DNA from: an uncultured delta proteobacterium
GTDB lineage: Bacteria > Myxococcota_A > Polyangia > Polyangiales > Polyangiaceae
Assembly (NCBI GenBank): GCA_963716725.1
Contig: CAVQUB010000001.1
Location: 1-64,000 of the forward strand
Direction of reading: 5' to 3'
Length of the DNA stretch: 64,000 bases
Position 1 is the stretch's first letter. Each line of letters begins with the position of its first letter. Under the pieces are notes generated by a model, which made no database searches, was not told the origin of the DNA, and saw only the letters and a program-made list of their open reading frames with translations. Positions 19,850 through 29,678 of this stretch are shown piece after piece. Position numbers and translations under genes: made by a program.

Positions 19850-20485
19850 ATGCGACTCCCGCACCACGCCGAAATCGTCGCTGCGTTGCGCCGTCCCACT
19901 CTGGAGGAGCCGTGGCGCGTTTTGCTGAGCGGCTGCCTGGCGGGCGTTGCGTGCGGCGTCGATGGAACGGACTACGGCTTGGGCGAGCGCCTGCCGGAGT
20001 GGGCGCGTTCGCCCCGGGTCACGACCTTCGGGTTCTGCCCCGAGGACTACCGATTGGGAACGCCGCGCACCATGCCGGATTTGCACGGCGGCGACGGCTT
20101 TGCGGTGCTCGCCGGGACCGCGCGCGTGCTCGACGAGCACAGGAATGACCTCACCGAAGCGGTGCTCGCGGGCGCTCGAGCGATGCTCGACCTGGCGCGT
20201 GAGCATCGCGTCGACTTCGCGCTGCTCACGGATCGCAGCGGTGCGTGCGGGAGCCAGGTGATTTCCATCGGCTGTCGCTTCGAAGAGCCCGTGCAGCACC
20301 GCCGCGGCGTCGGCGTGGCCGCCGCGCTGCTCTTGCGAGAGGGTTTTCACGTCGTCAGCCAGCGCGACTTCGCGACCCTCGAAGGGCTCCACGCCATCGT
20401 GGATCCGAGTCACGTGCCCGATCCCGAGGCGCGCGATCACCACGATCACCCCTGGGTGCTCGCGAATCTGCCGCTCTCGGACTGA
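19850..20485 (+). CDS. DUF523 / 2-thiouracil desulfurase-family protein
   Basis: SGCLAG..C..DG, FCPE..LGTPR, RSGACG, G.GVAAALL. Confidence 0.8.
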   Translation: MRLPHHAEIVAALRRPTLEEPWRVLLSGCLAGVACGVDGTDYGLGERLPEWARSPRVTTFGFCPEDYRLGTPRTMPDLHGGDGFAVLAGTARVLDEHRNDLTEAVLAGARAMLDLAREHRVDFALLTDRSGACGSQVISIGCRFEEPVQHRRGVGVAAALLLREGFHVVSQRDFATLEGLHAIVDPSHVPDPEARDHHDHPWVLANLPLSD

Positions 20486-20572
20486 CGTTGTTGTTGCCTC
20501 CACTCACGGCCGCGGCGGCCGCTCCCCCGGTTGTCGGCGATGGGCCTGACGCGGTCATGGTAAATACTGCGC

Positions 20573-21280
20573 ATGCAAACTGAGACGCTGCCCTACTCTG
20601 AAGGCGACGCCGCGTTCGATATCTTCGTTGCGCGGCCCGCCCAAGCTGGGCCGCGGCCCGCGGTGCTCGTATGTCACGCGTGGGGTGGGCGAGACGAATT
20701 CGCCGAGGGGCGGGCGAAACAGCTTGCCGAGCTCGGGTACATCGGCGCAGCCATCGACCTCTACGGCGTCGGGCGACGCGGCAGCGACAACGCATCGAGC
20801 CAAGCGCTGATGCTGGAGCTGGTGGGGAGCCCGAATTTGCTGCGCAGACGGCTTGCTGCGGCCTACGCCACGGTGCGTGGCCTGAAGGACGTCGACCTGA
20901 ACCAAATGGGTGCCATCGGCTTCTGTTTCGGTGGGCTCTGCGCGCTGCTCATGGCGCGCATGGGGCTGGAGCTGCGCGGGGTAGTGAGCTTCCACGGCCT
21001 GCTCAAAGTGGGGCAGCGCTTGGACGAAACGGTTCGTGCGCAGATGCTGATCCTGCACGGTCAGGATGACCCGATGGTGCCTCCCGAAGACGTGGCCGCC
21101 TTTGTGGAGGAGATGAAGCGCATCCACGCGGATTTCCGCCTGCATGCGTATCCCGGCGCGGTGCACACGTTCACGAATCCCAAGGCCAACGCTCGCGAGG
21201 CCGGAATGATGTTCCACGCAGAGGCGGAGCGTCGGTCCTGGCGTGAGATGACCCATTTCTTCGAAGAGGTCTTTGCGTGA
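20573..21280 (+). CDS. dienelactone hydrolase family protein
   Basis: GFCFGG nucleophile, SFHG, HG.DDP, HTFTNP. Confidence 0.92.
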   Translation: MQTETLPYSEGDAAFDIFVARPAQAGPRPAVLVCHAWGGRDEFAEGRAKQLAELGYIGAAIDLYGVGRRGSDNASSQALMLELVGSPNLLRRRLAAAYATVRGLKDVDLNQMGAIGFCFGGLCALLMARMGLELRGVVSFHGLLKVGQRLDETVRAQMLILHGQDDPMVPPEDVAAFVEEMKRIHADFRLHAYPGAVHTFTNPKANAREAGMMFHAEAERRSWREMTHFFEEVFA

Positions 21281-21475
21281 TCAGTGTGGCGCCGCGTGCA
21301 CGCTACGGAAGACCATGCGTCGTGTGCGCCGGGTTGGTCCAGGCAGGGATGCGGCCCAGTTGTCGCGAGCCGCGTTCTGAGCGGACTGCATCACGGTTAC
21401 AGACGCGCGGCGCGAAGATGACGCCCCGCGGCGCCGCCCGCGCGCGCGTCATGCGGCGTGCGCTTGGGCGCGCCG

Positions 21476-21615
21476 ATGGCCGCCGTGCTGCCGTTCTCGG
21501 ACGCGGACTCGGACGGTGCCGGTGTCCGTTACCGCGGCGCCGGCCCGAGCTTGGCGCGCTCTACCCGATCATCGCCGACAACTGCCGCACGCTGGAGGCC
21601 GCGGTCGATCAAGGT
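21476..21615 (+). mobile_element. remnant of the N-terminus of an IS91-family transposase
   Basis: MAAVLPF...VRY, then a frameshift, then RRRPELGALYPIIADNCRTLEAAVDQG, resembling the Y-R-R-R-x-P-E...LY..V.DN..TL start of IS91-like transposases; truncated. Confidence 0.55.
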
Positions 21616-21643
21616 CGTCGAACCAAACCCGGGGCAGCGTGCG

Positions 21644-22588
21644 GTGTATCATCAGTCCGTGAGCTGCCGGCGCCGTCACACCGTTGTCGCTGTTCTAGTC
21701 GTGGTCGCCAGTGCGCCGTGGGCGTGTCTGAACTTCAGCTGCGCAGCATCGGAACCCGCGGCTGGTCCCAGGCAAGCGTCACCTCCCCCGGCAAGCGCGG
21801 AGGTCGCCGTGCCGCGGCCGAACCCGGACACGCCAGCCGACGCGAGCCCGCCCGAGCACGCCGCCAACGCAGTGCCGAAGATCGACTTCGCGCGCTGGAG
21901 CAGCATCGAAGCGCTCTGCCACCCCGACGAACGCTGGGACACCAAGCAGGGCTGCGTCGGAACTTCGGCGGCGGCGAAGCTGCGCTGTGGATTGGAAGAA
22001 GATCAACGCGAGGCGACGTCCTGCCGTGCAGACGATCTCGTGTGCATGATGCGCGCAAGCAAGCGCAGTCCGCGGCGCCGCGTGCCCGTCTGGGGCGATC
22101 CCGCAACGGTGCCAGAGCTTGCCGACTGCAAGAAACAGTGTCGCGCTGACCACGCACCGAGTTGCTTGCGCCTGGGCATGGCGCATCTGCGCGGCGCAGG
22201 CGTGAGGAAGGAGCCGGAGCGGGGGATCGGCTACATCAAGACCAGTTGCCTGGCCGGCTTTGGCGAGGCTTGTGTCAGTCTGTTTCAGCTCTACGATTGG
22301 GTGCCGGCGTCCCGCTCGCATTCTTTGGCGGCGCGGCTGGTCGAAGCGGAGTGCGTGCAAGAAGCGCCGGGGCAGCTGAGTTGCGCGCAAGCTGCGCAAG
22401 CCTACGCAAACGGCTGGGGAGTGCCGCAAGACTTGAAGCGCGCCCACGCGCTGAGGCGCATCGGCTGCGAACGTGCCACGGCCGCGTGCGGTGCATACGC
22501 GTACATCAAGAAGCTGCCCGATGGGGAGCGCGCCCACGCGATCTCCAGATGCGCTGAGGGTACGCGGGCATGTGATCCGAAGCGCTGA
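21644..22588 (+). CDS. secreted Cys-rich Sel1-like repeat protein (start uncertain)
   Basis: SCLRLGMAHLRGAGVRKE, SCAQAAQAYANGWGVPQDLKRA. Confidence 0.75.
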   Translation: MYHQSVSCRRRHTVVAVLVVVASAPWACLNFSCAASEPAAGPRQASPPPASAEVAVPRPNPDTPADASPPEHAANAVPKIDFARWSSIEALCHPDERWDTKQGCVGTSAAAKLRCGLEEDQREATSCRADDLVCMMRASKRSPRRRVPVWGDPATVPELADCKKQCRADHAPSCLRLGMAHLRGAGVRKEPERGIGYIKTSCLAGFGEACVSLFQLYDWVPASRSHSLAARLVEAECVQEAPGQLSCAQAAQAYANGWGVPQDLKRAHALRRIGCERATAACGAYAYIKKLPDGERAHAISRCAEGTRACDPKR

Positions 22589-22712
22589 ATTGGATTTTGG
22601 CCTCGAGGTCCGTCGGGCCTTTTGCGAAGAGGCGGACGAGTTCACTCAACTCGCTAGGCGCGAGGTCTTCGTCGCAGAATGTGGGGGGAGCTGTTGACAA
22701 TGGCGGAGACGG

Positions 22713-22741
22713 CGGGAGCTGAGCACCCCGCTCAGCTCCCG
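22713..22741. repeat. perfect 12-bp hairpin
   Basis: CGGGAGCTGAGC acccc GCTCAGCTCCCG. Confidence 0.6.
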
Positions 22742-22929
22742 AAGGGATCCACGAACTTCGCGCAGTACAAATCGAAACCGCCCTTCCCGCCGGGCCGGTT
22801 CGACGAGAAAATGATCACTTCGCTGCCTCCAAAGGTCAGGCCCGCTATGATCGGTCGAAACTCGTCGCTCGGGGAGTCGAGGTCCCTCAGCGGGAGTGGC
22901 TCTCCAGCACTGACATGTGGCCGGCGCAC
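22732..22929 (-). pseudogene. orphan C-terminal fragment with a PD40 (TolB-like) repeat
   Basis: LDSPSDEFRP...IIFSSNRPGGKGGFDLY. Confidence 0.55.
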
Positions 22930-23080
22930 CCACGCTCACCGGGACGGGGCTCGCACCCGCTGGGAACGCGCAGCGAGCGCCAGGCGGTCCACGCCCAGGA
23001 GGGGGAAGAACGTCCGCCACGTCGCGGCGCACCAGGCGGGCCAGACCATCGGGACCGCCCGCGTGATAGCGTCGGACGCC

Positions 23081-24184
23081 ATGAAGCGCGCACGGAGCGG
23101 CAACCGGCGAACTCTGCTCGCGCTCTCGGTCGCGGCGCTGATGGCGCCCGGTTGCGACTTCATCTGCGCTCGGAAGCAGGTGCCAGCCGCGCGGGATGCG
23201 GCCGCCGACGACGCGCCTGTCGGCGTCGAGGTGGTGACTCCGGGAGCTGAGCCTCGGACCAAGCTGGAGGTGGGGCGCTGGACCGGGCTTCACTACGAGC
23301 TCGAGCAGGAGAGCGACGGATCGTTCGGTCGCACGGGGGCTGCCTCCATCAAGGCCCCCACGCTAGTGCTGAAGACCACCGTCGATGTGCTTCGCGGCAC
23401 GGCCGATCCGCTGATCCAAGAGCGAGATGGCAAGCGGCTCCGCCTGGTCGAAGAGCGCGCGACCCTCGACAGGATCTCGCTGAGGAGTGAGGGCGGTCCC
23501 GCCGACTTCATCGCCAAGGCGAACGAGATGTTGGCGCTGCTCAAGGGCATGACGACCAAGGCGCTGATCGCCGAAAACGGCGAGGTGACCGAGGTGACGA
23601 CGGAGCACGTCGGGGGAGTCGTTCCTCCGCCGGAGGTCAAGAGCTTCTTGGACGAAGCTCTGAGCGCACAGCGCTACTTCCCGCTGCGCCTGCCGCCGAC
23701 TCCGGTCGGGGTGGGGGCGCGCTGGCGATTCAGCGTGCCGCTCGAGTCCCGCGGGATCAAATCGCTGCAGGTCGCCGACATGACTCTGGTCGAGCTGACG
23801 GCATCGACGGCGCGCATCGGAGTCCGCGTGCGGCATCAGGCGACCAAGCAGGAGGTGCCACACCCGACCTACCCTGGGCTCCGCGCCACGCTGTCGAGCC
23901 TGCGGGGCGACGCCGACGGTGAGATCACGCTCGATCGGCTCACCGCCTGCATCTTGGTCGCGCGCTTCAGCTCGACGTCGTATCAGACCATGACCTGGGT
24001 GGACGAGAGCGGAGAGGACCAGACCGCGACCTTCATGCACGCCAACGTGCAGCGGTTGCGCGGGCGCGTCGGCGCGCCCGTCGACGGCGGGGACTTTCCG
24101 GATACCGGTGCCGGTGCCGCGGCCGACGCTGCTGAGCCGACGGCGCCGCGGGCTGTGCCGGAAGACGAGGACGAGACGGAGTGA
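23081..24184 (+). CDS. hypothetical lipoprotein
   Basis: Signal ALMAPGC; PGAEPR..L and LP..PVGVGARW motifs typical of an uncharacterised family. Confidence 0.7.
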   Translation: MKRARSGNRRTLLALSVAALMAPGCDFICARKQVPAARDAAADDAPVGVEVVTPGAEPRTKLEVGRWTGLHYELEQESDGSFGRTGAASIKAPTLVLKTTVDVLRGTADPLIQERDGKRLRLVEERATLDRISLRSEGGPADFIAKANEMLALLKGMTTKALIAENGEVTEVTTEHVGGVVPPPEVKSFLDEALSAQRYFPLRLPPTPVGVGARWRFSVPLESRGIKSLQVADMTLVELTASTARIGVRVRHQATKQEVPHPTYPGLRATLSSLRGDADGEITLDRLTACILVARFSSTSYQTMTWVDESGEDQTATFMHANVQRLRGRVGAPVDGGDFPDTGAGAAADAAEPTAPRAVPEDEDETE

Positions 24185-24319
24185 AGGCGACGACGCCGGA
24201 GGTGCCACGGCAAGTAGCTGGCTGCGCACCGCCGTGACGTTTCCCGAACGGGACGCACTGGCGCTGCCCGTGCGCCGGCACTACGGAGTGTGCCACCTCA
24301 GCGGAAAGGGAGGGTCGAC

Positions 24320-25345
<1,026 letters not shown>

Positions 25346-25412
25346 CGGAGAGAGCCCGACACTCGCCGCCCGCCGAGGCGCCGGTGTTTCCGCGCCGCGC
25401 CGCTCACTCGAG

Positions 25413-26054
25413 TTACGAGGATGCGTCGCGCGCTGCGACCACCACGAAATCGCCCTGGGCACGGCCTTGGCTCAACGCGCGGGCAGTCACTCTGTTGAAG
25501 CCGGCTTCTCTCGAGGCAGCGACGACTTCGGTGTCGCTGCGCTTGGTGAAACCGTGATCGGTGACGGACCCGTATTGATCGAGCTTCTCTTTGCCGCTGA
25601 ACCCGATGACCAGGCGACCCCCGGGCGCCAGCACGCGGGCCAAGGACGAGAGCGCGCTGGGCAAATCGGGCCAGAAGTAGATGGTGTTGGAGGTGACGAT
25701 CTTGGAGAACAGGCCCGCGGCCAGCGGCAGGTCGAGCACGTCCGCGGACAGCAGGTTCAGTCGGCCCGAGGCGATCAGGTCGCGCAGCGCGCTCTGACCT
25801 TGCGCGACCACGTCGGCTGAGAAGTCGACGCCCGTCAGTCGACCGCGAGTCACGATCTTTGCGGCGCGTCGCAAGGCGCCGCCGCCGCCGAAGCCCACGT
25901 CCAAGACCGTATCGTCTTCACACAGCTCGAGCGCCGCCAGGCACTCCTCGATCAAGTCGGCGTTGCCTCGGTTCAGCGCGCGGGTCATGACCCAGCGGCC
26001 GAACCGCCCTGATGGGCGCCGAAGCTGGGCGGCGAGGAGCTTGGCGAGCGGCAT
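25413..26054 (-). CDS. class I SAM-dependent methyltransferase
   Basis: VLDVGFGGG, GVDFS, LARVLAPGGRL. Confidence 0.9.
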   Translation of the reverse strand: MPLAKLLAAQLRRPSGRFGRWVMTRALNRGNADLIEECLAALELCEDDTVLDVGFGGGGALRRAAKIVTRGRLTGVDFSADVVAQGQSALRDLIASGRLNLLSADVLDLPLAAGLFSKIVTSNTIYFWPDLPSALSSLARVLAPGGRLVIGFSGKEKLDQYGSVTDHGFTKRSDTEVVAASREAGFNRVTARALSQGRAQGDFVVVAARDASS

Positions 26055-26079
26055 GCGAGACCCGAAGCCTAGCGCCGGA

Positions 26080-27171
26080 TCAGCCCGCGACCAGGGGACC
26101 GGCGAGCTTGGCCAGGTCGGAAATGGAGTGCACGTCGTGGTCGAGCTCGGGCACCCGGGTGCACACGACCTCCGCGGGCAAATCGGCGCGAAACGCCTCC
26201 CAGCTGCGGGCTTCGGCGCGGGCCGTGAGCAAGGCGTCCGCATGCACGCTCCGGAGCCAGTGGATGGACGCCGCGTCGATCCCGTCTGCCGCCAGTCCAT
26301 CGAGCAGCGCATTCACGTCGCCTTCACTGGTGGCGCCGAGCGGGTGCGTGCGGTTCTGGACCACCGCGCGCAGCGGAATGCCGAAGGTCTTCAACGAGGC
26401 ATGGAGCGACTTGGCTCCGAACAAGGCGTCCGACTCCGGGCCGCTAACCAGCACGAAGGCCGTGGTCGCGCTCCGGAGCAGGGTCTGAGACTGATGCGAG
26501 CGGCGCCGAACGGCCTCGAACAGACGCTCGAAGGACGAGACCAGGCTCGACACCTCGCTCAGGGTTTGGGTGCCCGTCGCGTTCTCGAGCAGGCGCCAAA
26601 TCCGCGACGCGACCGGCGGGGGCCGAAGCAGGGCGCCGATCACCTCCGGGTCCAGCAACTTGTCGATGCGAGACGGTGCGCGCACGAAGTCGAGGCCGTG
26701 GGCCGCTGGCGGGGTGTCGAGCACGATCAAGTCGTAGCGCCCCGACTCGTGCAGGCGACAGAGCTCCTCGACGGCAACGTACTCGGTCGAGCCAGAGAAG
26801 CCGCGCGACAGCTGGCGATAGAAGCCGTTGTCCAGGATGGACCGGGCCGCTCCGGGAGTCGGCGCATGGCGTTCGACGAAGGCATTCCACGCGCGAGACT
26901 GCTCGAGCATGCCCGCGGACAGTGTCCCGGTCGGGGCGAGCCCCGCGCTTCTCAAGAATTCGTCGGCGACCGGCGAGAGATCGCTGCCGAGGTCGCCGAT
27001 GCCCAACGCGCGGCCGAGCGCCCGAGCGGGATCGATGGTGAGCACTGCCGCCTTCCGACCCGCCAGGGCTCCGACGAGAGCGATGGCCGCCGACAGGCTG
27101 GTCTTGCCGACGCCGCCCGTGCCAATGCAGACGAGCAGGCGATGTTGCCGGATGACTTCGGCAACGCTCAT
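26080..27171 (-). CDS. ArsA/Get3-family ATPase
   Basis: GTGGVGKTS, TIDPAR, VLDTPP. Confidence 0.9.
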   Translation of the reverse strand: MSVAEVIRQHRLLVCIGTGGVGKTSLSAAIALVGALAGRKAAVLTIDPARALGRALGIGDLGSDLSPVADEFLRSAGLAPTGTLSAGMLEQSRAWNAFVERHAPTPGAARSILDNGFYRQLSRGFSGSTEYVAVEELCRLHESGRYDLIVLDTPPAAHGLDFVRAPSRIDKLLDPEVIGALLRPPPVASRIWRLLENATGTQTLSEVSSLVSSFERLFEAVRRRSHQSQTLLRSATTAFVLVSGPESDALFGAKSLHASLKTFGIPLRAVVQNRTHPLGATSEGDVNALLDGLAADGIDAASIHWLRSVHADALLTARAEARSWEAFRADLPAEVVCTRVPELDHDVHSISDLAKLAGPLVAG

Positions 27172-28097
27172 GCCGTGCCCTCGAACAAGAGCCGCCCCAG
27201 CGTTCGCAGCTGATCCGCTCCGACGCCGTCCACGACCCAGCGCGGCAGACGCAGCGCCTCGAGCCCGAGGGCGCGTTCGAGCCGAGCGATGGCCCGCTCC
27301 TGGATCCGCTCCCAACCGAGCGCGCGTCGGGCCGATCCCCCGAACGCCTCGCGGATGGGACTCCCGGACTCGATCACTCGCGAGAGCGCTCGATCCACGC
27401 CCGCCGGTGCTGGCGGCAGACAGCGATTGACGATCACGCGGCCGAGGGGCAGGCCCAGATCGTCCCGGATTCGGCGCGCGCTCTCGATCGCCTCCAAGAC
27501 CGGCATCTCCTCCGCCGTCGCGACGACGTGAATCGACGTCGTCTTCGGATCGGCCAGCACTCCGTGTACCCGACTGGCCTCGCGGTGCACGCGCCCGCGT
27601 CGAAAGGTGGCAGCAGCAGCGCCTGGCATGCGCAGGTGCTCGAGGGCGTGTCCGCTGGCGCCCGCATCGACCACCACGACATCCCAACGCTTCTGCAGCA
27701 GCAGCTCGTCGCGAACCTTGCCAATCGCCAAGAGTTCTTTCACGCCTGGCGCCGCCTGGACGAAGGCGGCGTAGAGAGGGTGCTCGAACACGACGCGGGC
27801 AAGACCTCCGAGGTGGACCTTGCGGCGTAGGTACTCGGCCAGGGCAGCGGCGCCGTCGATGGTGGTCACGGCCACCCCGGAGTGAGCGCGCACGATCTCA
27901 CCCGGAGTGGTCGAGTTTGCACCGAGCGTGCGGCTCGCCCCGCCCGGAGCGTCGAGCTCGATGCAAAGCACACGCGCTCCAGCGTCGTGGTGGGACAGCG
28001 CCAGCGCAGCCGCGATCGTCGATTTGCCGACGCCGCCCTTTCCGAGCACGACGTGGAGACGCTCAGCCAAAGACCACGATCCCGAGACCGGCGCCAA
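27168..28097 (-). CDS. ArsA/Get3-family ATPase
   Basis: GKGGVGKST, APGVKE, VDAGASGHA, AEEMPVLE, IVNR. Confidence 0.88.
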   Translation of the reverse strand: MAPVSGSWSLAERLHVVLGKGGVGKSTIAAALALSHHDAGARVLCIELDAPGGASRTLGANSTTPGEIVRAHSGVAVTTIDGAAALAEYLRRKVHLGGLARVVFEHPLYAAFVQAAPGVKELLAIGKVRDELLLQKRWDVVVVDAGASGHALEHLRMPGAAAATFRRGRVHREASRVHGVLADPKTTSIHVVATAEEMPVLEAIESARRIRDDLGLPLGRVIVNRCLPPAPAGVDRALSRVIESGSPIREAFGGSARRALGWERIQERAIARLERALGLEALRLPRWVVDGVGADQLRTLGRLLFEGTA

Positions 28098-29013
28098 GTG
28101 AGAGCAGTACGAAGGAGATCAGCGTGGACGCCTGCGCGGGTACGAGCTCGGCTGGGTTGTCGTGGTGCTTCAGGAGCCGTGCTGCCGCGCGGAGCGCGAA
28201 CGGCAGGCCGACGAACCCGCCCCAAACGCCGTGAGGCAAGCCGCTCAGGGGTAGGAGCGCGAGCATCAGATACGCGACGATCACCACGGCCATGAAGACT
28301 CGGGCCGCCCTCGCCCGTCCCAAGCGCACAACCAGAGTCCGCTTGCCCGCCTCGGCATCCGCGCGCGCGTCGGGAAACTCGTTGATCCACAAAAACGACG
28401 TGATCAAGAGCCCCAACGGCAAGGAGGCCAGGATGACCTCGGCCGACACCGCGTGACGTTGCACGAGATAGGTGCCGCACGCGATGACCGGGCCATAGGC
28501 GACGGCGACGGCCACCTCGCCCAGCCCACGGTACGCGAGCGACAGCGGCGGAGCGTGATAGAAGAACGCGAGCGCAACGCCGATGACGCCGAGGGTGAGC
28601 ACGCCGCGCTCCCGCAGCACCACGATGGCAAGCCCCGCGCCGATCCCGACCGCGTAGAAGACCGCGGCCACGATGGCGCACTGTCTCCGCGTCATCAGGC
28701 CGTCGACCAAGACCCGCTTGCCGCCGCTGAATGGCGTTCGTTCGTCTGGCTTCAGCCCGACGTCTGCGCCCGAGTCCCAATCGAAGATCTCTCCCGAGGC
28801 GTTCTTCGCCGCCTCGATGCAGAAGATCCCGAGCACCGTGAGCGCCAGCCAAGGCCAAGACAGTGGGCCCTGCCATGCCGCGACGCTCGCGCCCAAGATC
28901 ATGGATGACACGGAGGCGAGGGTGATCTTGGGGTCGGCGACCCGCCAGACGCCCGCGAGAACACTTGCCTCTCGGGCGGGCCCGGGGGTTTCCTCTGCCG
29001 CGCGCGCGCTCAC
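28063..29013 (-). CDS. MenA-like (UbiA superfamily) prenyltransferase
   Basis: NASGEIFDWDSGAD, PFSGG, FYHAPP..LAYRGLGE, INEFPD..AD..AGKRTLVVRLG. Confidence 0.85.
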   Translation of the reverse strand: MSARAAEETPGPAREASVLAGVWRVADPKITLASVSSMILGASVAAWQGPLSWPWLALTVLGIFCIEAAKNASGEIFDWDSGADVGLKPDERTPFSGGKRVLVDGLMTRRQCAIVAAVFYAVGIGAGLAIVVLRERGVLTLGVIGVALAFFYHAPPLSLAYRGLGEVAVAVAYGPVIACGTYLVQRHAVSAEVILASLPLGLLITSFLWINEFPDARADAEAGKRTLVVRLGRARAARVFMAVVIVAYLMLALLPLSGLPHGVWGGFVGLPFALRAAARLLKHHDNPAELVPAQASTLISFVLLSLGAGLGIVVFG

Positions 29014-29678
29014 GACCACACCTCCGCAAGGACCCACACCAGCGTGGGCACGCTCAGATTGTCGCTGCCGCGCGGGGAGAGGGCCTCGGCCAGCGCGGCG
29101 GCCATGCCCAGCCCCGCCGTCTTCAACAGGGCGGTTTCCTCACCAAAACGCCAGCTCGCGAGGGCCACGCCGAGCATCGACGCCAGGGCAACGGCCAGCG
29201 ACCCTTCCAGGGTCTTTCGCTTGCCGCCGGGCGCGCGGAAGCCGACTTTGCCAAAGCGTCGCCCGACCAACCCCCCCACGCCGTCGCCCAGCGACAGCGC
29301 GAGCAGGCCTGCGGCCGCCGGAAACGGCGTGCGCGCAAAGCCGACGCCGGTGAAGATCGCATAGGAAAGCGTGTACAGGGAGAGCCCGCGCCAGCGCTCG
29401 TCGCCACTGGAAAAAGTGTCGTGGACCCGCCGGGCCCATCCGCTGCGCCCGACCAGGAGCGGGACACCGAGGGTCGCAAGGGCCGCCGTCACCACGACCA
29501 CGAGGGGAGCGGCGGCGCTGCTGAACCACGGCCATCCGAACACCCAAACGCCGGTGCCGATGTGGAGCATGTCGCGTACATAGGTCGTTGCCAGCCCCAG
29601 GTGATGCGCGAGGAAGCAGACTCCCAGCCCCACGCCGAGCACAGCAACTGCGATCAACGCCACCAGGTGGTCGCTCAA
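29010..29678 (-). CDS. CTP-dependent prenol kinase (phytol/farnesol/dolichol/DAG kinase family)
   Basis: R..LH, GDG...LVG.RFG, KTLEGS, DNL; multiple TM segments. Confidence 0.85.
   Translation of the reverse strand: MSDHLVALIAVAVLGVGLGVCFLAHHLGLATTYVRDMLHIGTGVWVFGWPWFSSAAAPLVVVVTAALATLGVPLLVGRSGWARRVHDTFSSGDERWRGLSLYTLSYAIFTGVGFARTPFPAAAGLLALSLGDGVGGLVGRRFGKVGFRAPGGKRKTLEGSLAVALASMLGVALASWRFGEETALLKTAGLGMAAALAEALSPRGSDNLSVPTLVWVLAEVWS

Noticed and set aside
26080..28097. Arsenic-resistance operon
   Set aside because: No arsB, acr3, arsC, arsD or arsR; the context is prenyl-lipid enzymes
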